Shown one piece after another: positions 9,613 to 18,627 of a stretch of DNA of 64,000 bases. How positions within the stretch are numbered: the first letter of the stretch is position 1; the number at the start of each line of letters is the position of its first letter. This DNA is from a virus: the IMG/VR virus record IMGVR_UViG_3300046517_002960, positions 32,001-96,000 of that record; one strand, 5' to 3'. A program made the position numbers and the translations under genes. The notes under the pieces are model-generated. The model did no database searches, was not told the DNA's origin, and worked only from the letters and a program-made list of their open reading frames with translations.

Positions 9613-10049
9613 AAGACGCAGTAGTGCACGTGCACCTCCGCACCGACGAGGAAGCGTTCGCGTTCGGCGACTTCGCCCGCCGGCAGCCAGGAGTAACGGC
9701 CGTGCAGCTCACCACCCGGGGGCTGAACCCACAGGAGCTGGAGTACGCCCCGCCGGAGCTGACGCCGGAACCCCGGTTCCTCGCCGATCCGGTCTTCGTG
9801 TCCGGGAACAGCCCGGCCGAGCTGGAGAGCGAGGCGCTGGCGCACGTCGAGATGGCTACCGGCTGGACAGGCGGGCAGCTGAAGGTGTGGACCCCGTACC
9901 TGATCCACGAAGTCCCGCCGGCTCCCGGACGCAGGTCCGCGCAGGCACAGGCAGCCGCCGCGCAGGAGCACCGGCTGTACGCGGAGATCGCCGTCAAAGC
10001 CTGGGACGTGCTGCCCGCGCTACCCGCACAGGAGGACAAGGATGCCTGA
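9609..10049 (+). CDS. hypothetical protein
   Basis: RBS cgatcaggagac. Confidence 0.7.
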   Translation: MKDAVVHVHLRTDEEAFAFGDFARRQPGVTAVQLTTRGLNPQELEYAPPELTPEPRFLADPVFVSGNSPAELESEALAHVEMATGWTGGQLKVWTPYLIHEVPPAPGRRSAQAQAAAAQEHRLYAEIAVKAWDVLPALPAQEDKDA

Positions 10050-10491
10050 ACAGGACCCGAAGGACTGGCTGCTGGCCGAGGGCTACGCGGCGGTCGCGTG
10101 GGCCAGCTCCCCGCAGGCGAAGGCCCAGTTCGAGGCGGCCATGGGGTTCGCGCGGCGGACCGGGGTCAAGATGACCGAGGCGGAGCTGTGCGCGGTGCTG
10201 TGGGTCGCGCAGACCGCGGAAGTACCAGACGACCCCTCCGGCAGGACCCGGGTGAAGCGGGAGCTGAAGTTCGAGCCCGAGGGCGGTGACGACGGCGAGC
10301 TGCCCGCGGTGTTCCAGCTGCTGAACTGGCTGACGCCGCAGAACAGGGACGGCCGGGCGGCGGGCGGCTGGGTGAACGCCGGGCCGGCGATGCGGACCGT
10401 GCTGGCCGGCGGGATCAGCCGGCGGGAGCTGGAGCAGCTGCTGGCGGACGGGATCGCGAACCTGGCCTGGGACGGGAGCCTGAACGGATGA
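10042..10491 (+). CDS. hypothetical protein
   Basis: RBS aggagg; coupled. Confidence 0.7.
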   Translation: MPEQDPKDWLLAEGYAAVAWASSPQAKAQFEAAMGFARRTGVKMTEAELCAVLWVAQTAEVPDDPSGRTRVKRELKFEPEGGDDGELPAVFQLLNWLTPQNRDGRAAGGWVNAGPAMRTVLAGGISRRELEQLLADGIANLAWDGSLNG

Positions 10492-10901
10492 GCGGGCTGC
10501 TGCCAGTCAGGAACGAGGAAGACCTGGCCCTGGACAACGCGGCCTTCAATGACGACGGGCTGGTCCCGCTGTTCATCAACGGCGGCCGGTACGGCGGCGA
10601 CTGGAACATGGCGGCGTCGCTGAACGCTGACGCCGGTTCCTGCGGCAGTTTCTGGGTCATGCGGCCCGGCTCTGTCAGCACGGCTGACCCGCGGTACCCG
10701 GACATGGTCATCGAGACGGCATTCGGCTGGCTGAAGACGCAGGCCCGGACCAGGGGATGGCGGGTACTGAGCTGGGAGAACCTGAACAGCGAGTACGGCC
10801 CGGCCGAGCGGCCCTACTTCGCGCTAGCCCGGGCGATACTCGGCAACGAGCGCTTCGAGCCCCTGACCGGGGTCCTGTACGCGGACGAGGCAGACAAGTG
10901 A
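10488..10901 (+). CDS. hypothetical protein
   Basis: ATGA overlap. Confidence 0.7.
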   Translation: MSGLLPVRNEEDLALDNAAFNDDGLVPLFINGGRYGGDWNMAASLNADAGSCGSFWVMRPGSVSTADPRYPDMVIETAFGWLKTQARTRGWRVLSWENLNSEYGPAERPYFALARAILGNERFEPLTGVLYADEADK

Positions 10902-11092
10902 ACATCGAGAACGGCGACCGGGTGACGCTGCTGAAGCTGGACGGCATCGGCGGCACCGTCACCCGGGTCCGGGACGACGGCCGGGTGGCGGTGCTGGCCG
11001 ACTGTGCTGCCCAGTCCGTGGTCTGGGACCGCGCCGACCTGGGACGGCCCCGCCCGCCGCGCAAGGCACGCGATCAGGAGGATGACCGATGA
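10898..11092 (+). CDS. small SH3/KOW-like protein
   Basis: IENGDRVTLLK..GGTVTRV...RVAV. Confidence 0.5.
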   Translation: MNIENGDRVTLLKLDGIGGTVTRVRDDGRVAVLADCAAQSVVWDRADLGRPRPPRKARDQEDDR

Positions 11093-11259
11093 GCGGGACA
11101 CCGCCCGTGAACTACGGGCAGATGGACCAGAAGCAGGCGCTGGCCTACGCCAGCAACATCCTGCGGACGCTGTCCGCGCAGGACGCGGAGCTGGACTCGG
11201 GCAAGCTGCTGTACTCCGCCCGGGTGCTGGATAACTACGGGAAGGACATGGAGGACTGA
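11089..11259 (+). CDS. small hypothetical protein (56 aa)
   Basis: ATGA overlap, RBS aggagg. Confidence 0.55.
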   Translation: MSGTPPVNYGQMDQKQALAYASNILRTLSAQDAELDSGKLLYSARVLDNYGKDMED

Positions 11260-11260
11260 C

Positions 11261-11464
11261 ATGAGCAGGGACAGGAGCTGGCACAGCGCTCTCCGGCAGG
11301 CCGGGCTGGACAGCGGACCCCGGATGAGCGGCCGTGAGCGGATCGCTCGGATGCGCGAGGAGGCCCGCGAAAGCGAGCGGCGGCGCAGCTTCCGGTACGG
11401 GCTGGCGGCTCTCGCAGCGCTCGCCGTGCTCATCGCCGCCGTCATCGTCGCGGCGGTGCACTGA
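11261..11464 (+). CDS. small membrane protein
   Basis: C-terminal TM helix. Confidence 0.6.
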   Translation: MSRDRSWHSALRQAGLDSGPRMSGRERIARMREEARESERRRSFRYGLAALAALAVLIAAVIVAAVH

Positions 11465-11465
11465 C

Positions 11466-11780
11466 ATGGCGGTCCACCGGATGGACATCGCCATCGAGGC
11501 GAAGGAAGACGAAACCGGCGAGGGCGTTCAGCCCGGCTACCCCGCGCCGAAAGAATCCGCCGAGGTCCTGCGGGACATCCTGGCCGACGAGACCAAGCAC
11601 CACGACGGGCTCGGCTGGCGGACCACGGGGGTCACCCCCGTCGCGGCGGGCACGGTGCTAGTCAGCGCGGCTGACCTGCGGCACGTGCTGGACCGGGTAG
11701 CGCAAGGCCACTGGCTGGACTACCTGCCGGAGGGCGCGGCTGCGGCGGCGCTCCGCGAGCAACTGGAGGGACAGGAATGA
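11466..11780 (+). CDS. hypothetical protein
   Basis: ATG at 11466; coupled to next gene. Confidence 0.65.
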   Translation: MAVHRMDIAIEAKEDETGEGVQPGYPAPKESAEVLRDILADETKHHDGLGWRTTGVTPVAAGTVLVSAADLRHVLDRVAQGHWLDYLPEGAAAAALREQLEGQE

Positions 11781-12049
11781 GCGAGCAGGCCGCACAGCAG
11801 GCAGCGGAACAGGAGGCGCCGGCCGCGGTGCCGGTCACCTTCCGGGTGACGACGTACTGGAAGCGCGGGCGCAACGAGCCCGGCCTGACGTCCATGGCCA
11901 GCCAGCGCCTGGTCATCAGCCAGGCGCTGGACTGGGTGCTGAACGAGCTCCCGGACGACGCCGTGACGGTAACCGGGGACGGGAACGGGTGCACGGTGGT
12001 CATCGACTGGTCAAGGGTGCCGGGCGCGATCCGGTACGGGAGGCGGTAG
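11777..12049 (+). CDS. hypothetical protein
   Basis: ATGA overlap. Confidence 0.65.
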   Translation: MSEQAAQQAAEQEAPAAVPVTFRVTTYWKRGRNEPGLTSMASQRLVISQALDWVLNELPDDAVTVTGDGNGCTVVIDWSRVPGAIRYGRR

Positions 12050-12051
12050 CC

Positions 12052-12867
12052 ATGCCGACACCGGCCCTGGACTTCCTGGAGAAGGTCCGCACCTGGCAGG
12101 AAGCTGACGGAGCGTCGTCCGGGCTGCCGCTGGTAATCCCGGACAGCACGCAGAGCCGGCTGGACGCGATCCTGGCCGACATGGACCTCGGGTACAACCG
12201 CGCGGACCTGGAGACCCGCGCCCGGCGCTGGCTGATCGGCTACCACGAGCTGACAGGGCAGCAGGGCGGCCTGACCCCGGAGCAGCAGCGCGAGCTGGAC
12301 TCCATCGTGACGTGCATCCCGCTGTGGGACGCCCGGCAGCAGCGATCCGGCCCCTGGCTGGCCAGCGTCCCGCGGCTCGCGTGGATCGTGCTCGCAGCCA
12401 TCGTGTGCCTGCTGGCCGGGCTGGGCGCCGCCTGGGCACTGGCCTCGTCCGGCAACGGCGCCCCGCCGCCCGCCGGCCCCGTCGCCCAGGCGCCGCCCGG
12501 GCCGGCCCAGGGTCCGCTGACCGACCAGCAGCAGTTCCGGGCCGACTGGAACGTGCCGGCCAGCGCGACCGCGGACGCCGGGAACCCGGCCGCGCTCGTG
12601 TGGCTGGACAGCCAGGACCAGCTGTACCACGTGACCCCGTGGGGCGTCCCCGCGGATGACGCGGGCTGGCACGACACCACCGCCATCACGGCGGCCGTGC
12701 ACGGCACCCAGGCCGACGTCACGGACGGCGACGCCATCTGGACCGTGACCACGGGCCAGCCGTTCGTGCTGTCCGGCAACCCGCAGGTGATCTACCGTGT
12801 CCTGCGGGACGGCACCATCCAGTCGGTGCCCGCATCGCACGGCATCAAGATCCGGCATCACCTCTAG
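12052..12867 (+). CDS. single-pass membrane protein
   Basis: Central TM (LAWIVLAAIVCLLAGLGAAWALA). Confidence 0.7.
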   Translation: MPTPALDFLEKVRTWQEADGASSGLPLVIPDSTQSRLDAILADMDLGYNRADLETRARRWLIGYHELTGQQGGLTPEQQRELDSIVTCIPLWDARQQRSGPWLASVPRLAWIVLAAIVCLLAGLGAAWALASSGNGAPPPAGPVAQAPPGPAQGPLTDQQQFRADWNVPASATADAGNPAALVWLDSQDQLYHVTPWGVPADDAGWHDTTAITAAVHGTQADVTDGDAIWTVTTGQPFVLSGNPQVIYRVLRDGTIQSVPASHGIKIRHHL

Positions 12868-12894
12868 CAGCCAGACCAAGAACAGGAGACAGCA

Positions 12895-14934
12895 ATGCCA
12901 GCCATCATCGCGGGCCTGCTCGCCGGGGTCATCCTCGGCCTCGTCAGCGCCGGCCTCTCGCTCATCAGGTCGAAGGGCGAAGGCGGCACGTCCGCCGCCG
13001 TCAACTTCTTCGGCAACCTGATCATCACCGGCCTGGTCATCACCTGGCCGTTCACCGGGTACCTCCAGATGCGGGCGACGCTGTTCGGCGTCCTGCCGCT
13101 GGTCTTCCTCGATCTGGTCCTCGCGATGATCATCGCGTGGTGCGCGGACGGCGCCGCCCACGGGCTGTCCGCCGCCTCTATCGTCATGATCGTGGCGGTA
13201 ATCGCGTCCGGGCTGACCTGGGTCAAGATGGACTACGGCCCGCATGACGCGAAGAAGGCGGCGAACATCGTCCAGGTCACCTGCGAGTACGGCAGCGGCC
13301 ACCCGGGCAAGCCCGCTCCGGGGTGCCCGAATGCGTACTCCGGGTCCGGCGACACGCTGCCGGCCAGCTCCACCGACCACCTGGTGATCGTCACCCCGGA
13401 CCAGGCCGCCACCCGGGCGTCGCAGGCGATGTCCTCGGGCATCGCGGCGACCCGCAACTACGCCACCTACACCAACCTCGGGCCGGCCACGCTGCAGCGG
13501 GTGGACGGGCAGATGTGGTACGTCTTCCAGCTCGAGTACGACGGCGCGGGCAACAAGCAGCGGCTGCACGGCGTCGTGCCCGGCTACGTCATGATCAGCG
13601 CCGAGGACCCGAACGCCGAACCGGTAGAGCGGTACGACGGGAACTACACCATGATCGTGTCGCTGGCTGGCGGGCAGGGCTCCGAGCCGCTGCGCTACGT
13701 CCGCGACCACATGGCCGGCGGCACGGGCGTCATCCTGGCGGACCCGACCCTGGAGATCGCCGACAGCAACACCCCGGGAGTCCCGGCCGGCACGCCGTTC
13801 TTCACGGTCACCATCCTCGAACCGCAGCTCGGGCAGACCTTCATGGCGCCGACCGGCGTCGCGCTGGTCAACGCGCACACCGGGCAGATCACCCGGTACG
13901 ACCTGCCGGGCCACGGGCCGAACCAGCTCTCGGCGCACGCGCCGTGGGTCGACCGGGTCTACAGCGCGGACATGGCCGAGCAGATCGCCAACTGGTGGGG
14001 CCGGTACGCCCAGGCCGGCTGGGGCGGCATCGGGTCCACCAACGCCAACCGTTTCGTGGTCTCCGACACCCCGGTCCTGACGTACACCGGGGACGAGAAC
14101 CCCAGCTGGAGAATGCTGCTCACCTCCATGAACTCCGAGACCTCGGTCTACCGGATCGTGGAGTTCGACTCGGCGACCGGCGCGATGCGGATCTACAAGC
14201 CGGCGTTCCCGATGGGGATCGAGTCCAACGTCGCGCAGGCGTTCTGCAACGCGCAGGGCGTAGGCGCGGGGAACGTCAAGTCGAACCACCTGGTGCCGGA
14301 GCACCTGAGCCTGCACGTCATCGACGGCGAGCTGGTCTGGATGGCCAGCTACGAGTCGTCCAAGGGCAACGGCGCCACTGACGCCAGCGCCTCGGCCCAG
14401 CAGGAAGGCGACAACGGCGACCCGTGCGGCAACGGCGAGGCGCCGGCCGACAACCCCACCTTCACCGGGGTCGGCTTCGTGCCGGCCTACCAGGCCACCG
14501 CGTCCAACGCCGTGTTCGGCAACACCCGGCAGGCGGCCCTGACCAACCTGTTCACCGGGATCGCCCAGCAGGGCAGCGGCAACGGGGCCAACCCCAGCTC
14601 GGGCGCGGTGCAGGTCACCGTGGCCGGGACGCTGTGCGGCAAGGCGTCCGACGTCTCCGGCGGGAACCAGGTGTACTACCTGACCCTGTGCGGGGCGAGC
14701 GGCAAGCCGGACAACAGCAAGGTCTTCACCGCGACCAGCGCGACCGGCCCGGCCGTGGTGCTGTCCCAGCCCGGCGACAAAGTCGTGCTGAAGGTGCTCA
14801 AGGCGACCGCCAGCAACAGCCAGCAGCAGGTCCAGGGGTTCAGCGACGCGCAGCACCCGGTCGGCCAGGGCGGGGGAACCGCTCCCGCGGCGGCGGCGTC
14901 CGCTCCAGCTGCACCGTCACCGGCTAGCAGCTGA
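12895..14934 (+). CDS. large membrane-anchored extracytoplasmic protein (uncharacterised family)
   Basis: 3-4 N-terminal TM helices; PGYVMISAEDP, VNAHTGQITRY, PWVDRVY, WWGRY. Confidence 0.8.
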   Translation: MPAIIAGLLAGVILGLVSAGLSLIRSKGEGGTSAAVNFFGNLIITGLVITWPFTGYLQMRATLFGVLPLVFLDLVLAMIIAWCADGAAHGLSAASIVMIVAVIASGLTWVKMDYGPHDAKKAANIVQVTCEYGSGHPGKPAPGCPNAYSGSGDTLPASSTDHLVIVTPDQAATRASQAMSSGIAATRNYATYTNLGPATLQRVDGQMWYVFQLEYDGAGNKQRLHGVVPGYVMISAEDPNAEPVERYDGNYTMIVSLAGGQGSEPLRYVRDHMAGGTGVILADPTLEIADSNTPGVPAGTPFFTVTILEPQLGQTFMAPTGVALVNAHTGQITRYDLPGHGPNQLSAHAPWVDRVYSADMAEQIANWWGRYAQAGWGGIGSTNANRFVVSDTPVLTYTGDENPSWRMLLTSMNSETSVYRIVEFDSATGAMRIYKPAFPMGIESNVAQAFCNAQGVGAGNVKSNHLVPEHLSLHVIDGELVWMASYESSKGNGATDASASAQQEGDNGDPCGNGEAPADNPTFTGVGFVPAYQATASNAVFGNTRQAALTNLFTGIAQQGSGNGANPSSGAVQVTVAGTLCGKASDVSGGNQVYYLTLCGASGKPDNSKVFTATSATGPAVVLSQPGDKVVLKVLKATASNSQQQVQGFSDAQHPVGQGGGTAPAAAASAPAAPSPASS

Positions 14935-14957
14935 CAACCTAGCGCTCTGGCTGAGCG

Positions 14958-14992
14958 CCCCGGCAGGGCGGCCATCCTCCGTCCTGCCGGGG
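14958..14992 (+). terminator. 14-bp GC stem-loop after the large membrane gene
   Basis: ccccggcagggcgg / ccgtcctgccgggg. Confidence 0.6.
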
Positions 14993-15075
14993 CTGCGGCC
15001 GGTGCGCCACCAGAACCGTACACGGCCGGGACCGGCGTAACCGCGGGTTCCGGCACCAGGCAGGAGGAAAGATTC

Positions 15076-15315
15076 ATGAATCAGGAAACCATCAACGCCA
15101 TCGCGAAGGACGCAGCGGAACTAGGCCGTCAGCTGTACGCCGAAGGCGTCACTGACACTGACACCCAGGCGCGGATCATCGCCGGGGCGATGCCCGTGAT
15201 GGCGGAGCACGAGATCGCCGTGCACGCGATCACGGAACGCGCCCAGGGCAAGCGATACGGGCCGCGGGAGCCGGACGCCAGCCCCTCTGGCACCGCAGCG
15301 CGGCTCGGCTGCTGA
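15076..15315 (+). CDS. hypothetical protein
   Basis: RBS caggagga. Confidence 0.65.
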   Translation: MNQETINAIAKDAAELGRQLYAEGVTDTDTQARIIAGAMPVMAEHEIAVHAITERAQGKRYGPREPDASPSGTAARLGC

Positions 15316-15317
15316 GC

Positions 15318-15602
15318 ATGGACGCCACCGACCCGGCCGAGGCCGCCGCGAACGACGTGCGGGCCGCGCTGCACCTGCCCGGCGCGATCAGGGGCTGGTC
15401 ACCGCGTAGCCAGGTACGGCTGCCCAGGAGCACGGCCGAGCGGGTGAAGTGGCTGCTGGCCTACGCGGACTGGCTCCGGCAGGAAGCGGGCAGCCAGGGC
15501 GGGCAGCCGGAAGACCGGCAGCAGCACCAGGCCCGCGAGCTCCACGGCACCTTCGGCCGCACGCTGGAAGACCCGGACGCCGGTAACGGCCCGCCGCCGT
15601 GA
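15318..15602 (+). CDS. hypothetical protein
   Basis: ORF in operon context. Confidence 0.6.
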   Translation: MDATDPAEAAANDVRAALHLPGAIRGWSPRSQVRLPRSTAERVKWLLAYADWLRQEAGSQGGQPEDRQQHQARELHGTFGRTLEDPDAGNGPPP

Positions 15603-15619
15603 GCAGGAAGGAGTCAGGA

Positions 15620-15826
15620 ATGGGCGAAGCCCGGGAATGGGAACGGCGGCGCGCGGCGCTAGCGGCAGGCGAGCCGTGGGACGAGAGCACTGCCGTCTCG
15701 GTGAACGGCACCGCGCTGTACGGCGCGGAAGCACAGGCGACCATCGCCAGCGGCGCGGCGGTGCACTGCGGCACCTGCTCCAGCCCGCATCAGAAGGTCT
15801 GCCACGACAATCCGCACCCGCGGTAG
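15620..15826 (+). CDS. small Cys/His protein
   Basis: RBS aaggag; HCGTC..H..CH. Confidence 0.55.
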   Translation: MGEAREWERRRAALAAGEPWDESTAVSVNGTALYGAEAQATIASGAAVHCGTCSSPHQKVCHDNPHPR

Positions 15827-15842
15827 AGCTGAGCAGCACGGC

Positions 15843-16264
15843 TCACCACGGCCTGCCTGCCCCGGCGTCCGGCTCCGGCCGGGGCGGGGCGGGCGCGCCC
15901 TTGTGCGCTTCGATCCACTCGCCGATGATCCGCCGGGCGCGGGCCACGCTGTACCCGCCACGGAGCTGGTTGCAGTACACCGGCCGGCCCGCGGCGGGCG
16001 TGCACACCGGGCAGGGGTTGAGACGCCGCCCGGCGCCGTGCGCGGGCCGGATGTTGCGCAGGTCCCAGGCCAGGTCCGGTCGGTCAGCCACCGACTCGAG
16101 ATGGTCCGCCTGAACAGCGCCCCCATGGCCGCAAATATGGCAGACCCCGCCATGGTGCGAGACCGCGTACTTCGCGAACCGGTCCCACCTAATCTGGTGC
16201 CCTTGGTCGGCGCCACGCCATCCGGCTCACGCCGCGGGCTGCGCGGCAGCGGAACGTCGGGCAA
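15843..16264 (-). CDS. HNH endonuclease (phage packaging type), frame-discontinuous at TTA 16190-16192; predicted join(16264..16193,16187..15843)
   Basis: SD GGAGGTG plus TTG start; downstream frame CHICGHGGAVQADH..DLAWDLRNIRPAH..CPVC..CNQLRG has no start of its own. Confidence 0.75.
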
Positions 16265-16309
16265 TCACATCACCTCCCCTGCTCTCACGGTAAAATGCAA
16301 GCAGGAAAT

Positions 16310-16342
16310 GCTGCCGGGAACCGCTGGAACGGCCCCGGCAGC
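16310..16342. terminator. stem-loop between divergent HNH genes
   Basis: gctgccggg / cccggcagc. Confidence 0.4.
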
Positions 16343-16367
16343 GCGAGTCAAATGGAGTGACCCGCCA

Positions 16368-16946
16368 ATGGCTGAGCCTACCAAGCGTTGCTCCCGCTGC
16401 AGGCAGGACAAATCGACGCTGACAGCCTTCTCCAGGAACCGGTCGAGGCCTGATGGGCTCTGCAGCCAATGCAAAGCCTGCGCCCGGCTTCCAGCCCAGG
16501 GCATATGGGGCAGGAGCGCCAGTCACAGTCGCCATCCGCTGTTCCGCATCTGGACAAGCATGCTCGATCGGTGCGAGAACCCGGCTCATCATGCGTATGC
16601 CCGGTACGGCGGCCGGGGCATCTCCGTCTGCAAGCGGTGGCACGACTTCGCTGCTTTCCGGGATGACATCGAATCGCATATCGGACCACGGCCAGCCAGA
16701 AAGACCCTGGATCGCTACCCGGACAACGACGGCAACTACGAGCTCGGGAACGTGCGCTGGGCGACAAAACAAGAGCAGGCAGACGGCCAGACCCGCAACG
16801 GCGGCCTTACCCGGAATCAGATAAACGCGCGGCGTGAGCAGGTTCGCGTAATGCTCGCCGCAGGCAGCACGTACCGGCAGATAGCGGACACGCTAAAACT
16901 GGGTGTCCGCACAGTCCGCAACGACGCTAGTAAGGCTGGCAAGTAG
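16368..16946 (+). mobile_element. free-standing HNH homing endonuclease (N-terminal Zn finger, C-terminal HTH)
   Basis: CSRC..CKAC; WTSMLDRCENP..YGGRGISVCKRW..TLDRYPDNDGNYELGNVRWAT; lower GC; TAAAAT upstream. Confidence 0.9.
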
Positions 16947-17016
16947 AGCGCGACCCCTTCGTCGGCGGCACGCCGTCCGGCTCGCGGCGCGGGCTGCGCG
17001 GCAGCGGGACGCTCAT
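16927..17016 (-). pseudogene. orphaned original 5' end of the packaging-type HNH gene
   Basis: MSVPLPRSPRREPDGVPPTKGSR, then runs into antisense of the homing endonuclease and stops; duplicate of 16193-16264. Confidence 0.75.
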
Positions 17017-17046
17017 ACTCAAGACGATAACGACAGGAGGCAGCTC

Positions 17047-17310
17047 ATGAAACGTGCCTGGTTCGCCGGCACGGACGGCACCTACTACCGGAACTGCCCG
17101 CTGATCATGGCCGAGCAGCAGCGCTGCCTGCGGCGGCCGTGGCGGTACCGGCTGTTCTGGCAGCTGGACGCCGAATGGCACGAGGTCTTCCGCCAGGGCG
17201 TCAAGCGGAAGGACCGGCTCGGCCGCGGCGACGTGCTCGTGCAGCCACGGCCGTTCCGCGAGGCCTACCCGGACAAGCCGGGCCTCTGGCAGCTGGACGA
17301 GTACCGGTAG
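17047..17310 (+). CDS. hypothetical protein
   Basis: RBS caggagg. Confidence 0.65.
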   Translation: MKRAWFAGTDGTYYRNCPLIMAEQQRCLRRPWRYRLFWQLDAEWHEVFRQGVKRKDRLGRGDVLVQPRPFREAYPDKPGLWQLDEYR

Positions 17311-17329
17311 CGAGAACAGGAGACAGATC

Positions 17330-17548
17330 ATGGACGACGACCTGCCCGCGGTACACCTGGCGCGCCCGCACGAGATCCAGCTGCGCAGCCGCATCCTGGA
17401 CGGCGGCAAGCTGCGCGAAGTGACCTCCACCGCACGGGTAGCCGGCACGTCCCGGGCCTGGGAGATCTACACGCGCTGGAACGGCCGTCCCAAGGTGATC
17501 AAGCTGCGGCCGGACGACCTGGCTGCCGTCACGGACCCCTACGAGTAA
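17330..17548 (+). CDS. hypothetical protein (SH3-like size)
   Basis: RBS gaacaggagac. Confidence 0.65.
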   Translation: MDDDLPAVHLARPHEIQLRSRILDGGKLREVTSTARVAGTSRAWEIYTRWNGRPKVIKLRPDDLAAVTDPYE

Positions 17549-17560
17549 CAAGAGGCACAC

Positions 17561-17824
17561 ATGAGCACCACCGAGATCCCGGACCTGATCCAGCGCGGCA
17601 CCGTGGGGCCGGTCACCTACTACGCGGACCCGGATGCCCTGGACCGGTACGCGCTCTGGATCCGGGTGATCCGCTGCGGCGGCGAGTTCCGGGTCACCGT
17701 GTTCCGGCTGGACCTCGAGCTGCGCGCGTTCGACTACCTGCCCCGCGAGGCAGTGCCGGACGGGCCGCTGGACGCGGCCACGGTGACACAGCTGGCCCGC
17801 GAGGCGCTGGGCGGGCAGGCATGA
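17561..17824 (+). CDS. hypothetical protein
   Basis: ORF in operon. Confidence 0.65.
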   Translation: MSTTEIPDLIQRGTVGPVTYYADPDALDRYALWIRVIRCGGEFRVTVFRLDLELRAFDYLPREAVPDGPLDAATVTQLAREALGGQA

Positions 17825-18087
17825 CGACGGGCCTGGGATACCGCTGGGGCACCAGCGGGTGGCTGATCGACCCGGTGCTGTACCGGATCCTCCTGTTCAG
17901 CGCATGGACCGGCAATGAGGCGTACCTTTTCACGGACCCGCACGTCCGGGCCTGGGTAGCGGTGCCGCTCACGGTGGGCCTGACAGCGCTGACCGGGGTC
18001 TGGGTGCTCCTGCCGCTGCTCGCCTGGGCACGGGCTTACCTGCACCGGGGGCACCCTCGCCGGCGGCTGCAGGACGGCCCGCGGTGA
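17821..18087 (+). CDS. membrane protein
   Basis: Two hydrophobic segments; coupled at both ends. Confidence 0.6.
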   Translation: MTTGLGYRWGTSGWLIDPVLYRILLFSAWTGNEAYLFTDPHVRAWVAVPLTVGLTALTGVWVLLPLLAWARAYLHRGHPRRRLQDGPR

Positions 18088-18599
18088 GGGGCATCACCCC
18101 GGCGGTGCTGCTGGAAGACCCGAAGTACCCGCATAACGTCGGGATCGCGTTCCGCGCCTGCGCGCTGCTCGGCGTGGCACAGCTGTGGTACACCGGCACC
18201 CGGGGCGAGAGCGCCTGGCGGGAGCTGCGGCGGCTGCCGCGCGAGGAGCGGATGCCCCGGTACACGGCCCGGACCGAGCTGATCGCCGCGCCGGGCCGGT
18301 GGACAGGCGAGTTCCCGCCGGGCACCGTGCCGGTCGCGGTGGAGGTCAGCCCCACGGCGGAGGACCTGACCTGGTTCGAGCACCCGCAGGACGCGGTGTA
18401 CGTGTTCGGGCCGGAGGACGGGTCGCTGTCCAAGGGCACCCGGTCGGCGTGCCACCGGTTCGTGACCCTGCCGAGCGACGGGCCGCTGAACCTGGCCGTC
18501 GCGGTCGGCGCGGTGCTGATGGACCGGCGCGTCAAGGCGATCGCGGCCGGGCGGGAGGAGTCCCGGGGCGCCTACAAGCGCGTCCGGTCCATCGTCTGA
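18084..18599 (+). CDS. SPOUT (SpoU/TrmH/TrmL-family) RNA 2'-O-methyltransferase
   Basis: LEDPKYPHNVGIAFRAC, VFGPEDGSL, LNLAVAVGAVL; single domain, 171 aa. Confidence 0.85.
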   Translation: MRGITPAVLLEDPKYPHNVGIAFRACALLGVAQLWYTGTRGESAWRELRRLPREERMPRYTARTELIAAPGRWTGEFPPGTVPVAVEVSPTAEDLTWFEHPQDAVYVFGPEDGSLSKGTRSACHRFVTLPSDGPLNLAVAVGAVLMDRRVKAIAAGREESRGAYKRVRSIV

Positions 18600-18627
18600 A
18601 CCGGAAACGAGAACAGGAGACAGCTAC

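Noticed and set aside
11662-14856. 1064-aa minus-strand ORF and similar long antisense ORFs (22641-24500, 27263-28483, 53702-55003)
   Set aside because: Shadow frames of GC-rich genes on the opposite strand; no motifs
16193-17016. Group I intron interrupting the HNH gene
   Set aside because: The endonuclease is antisense, there is only about 100 nt of non-coding space with no recognisable core, and the downstream copy has its own SD and start
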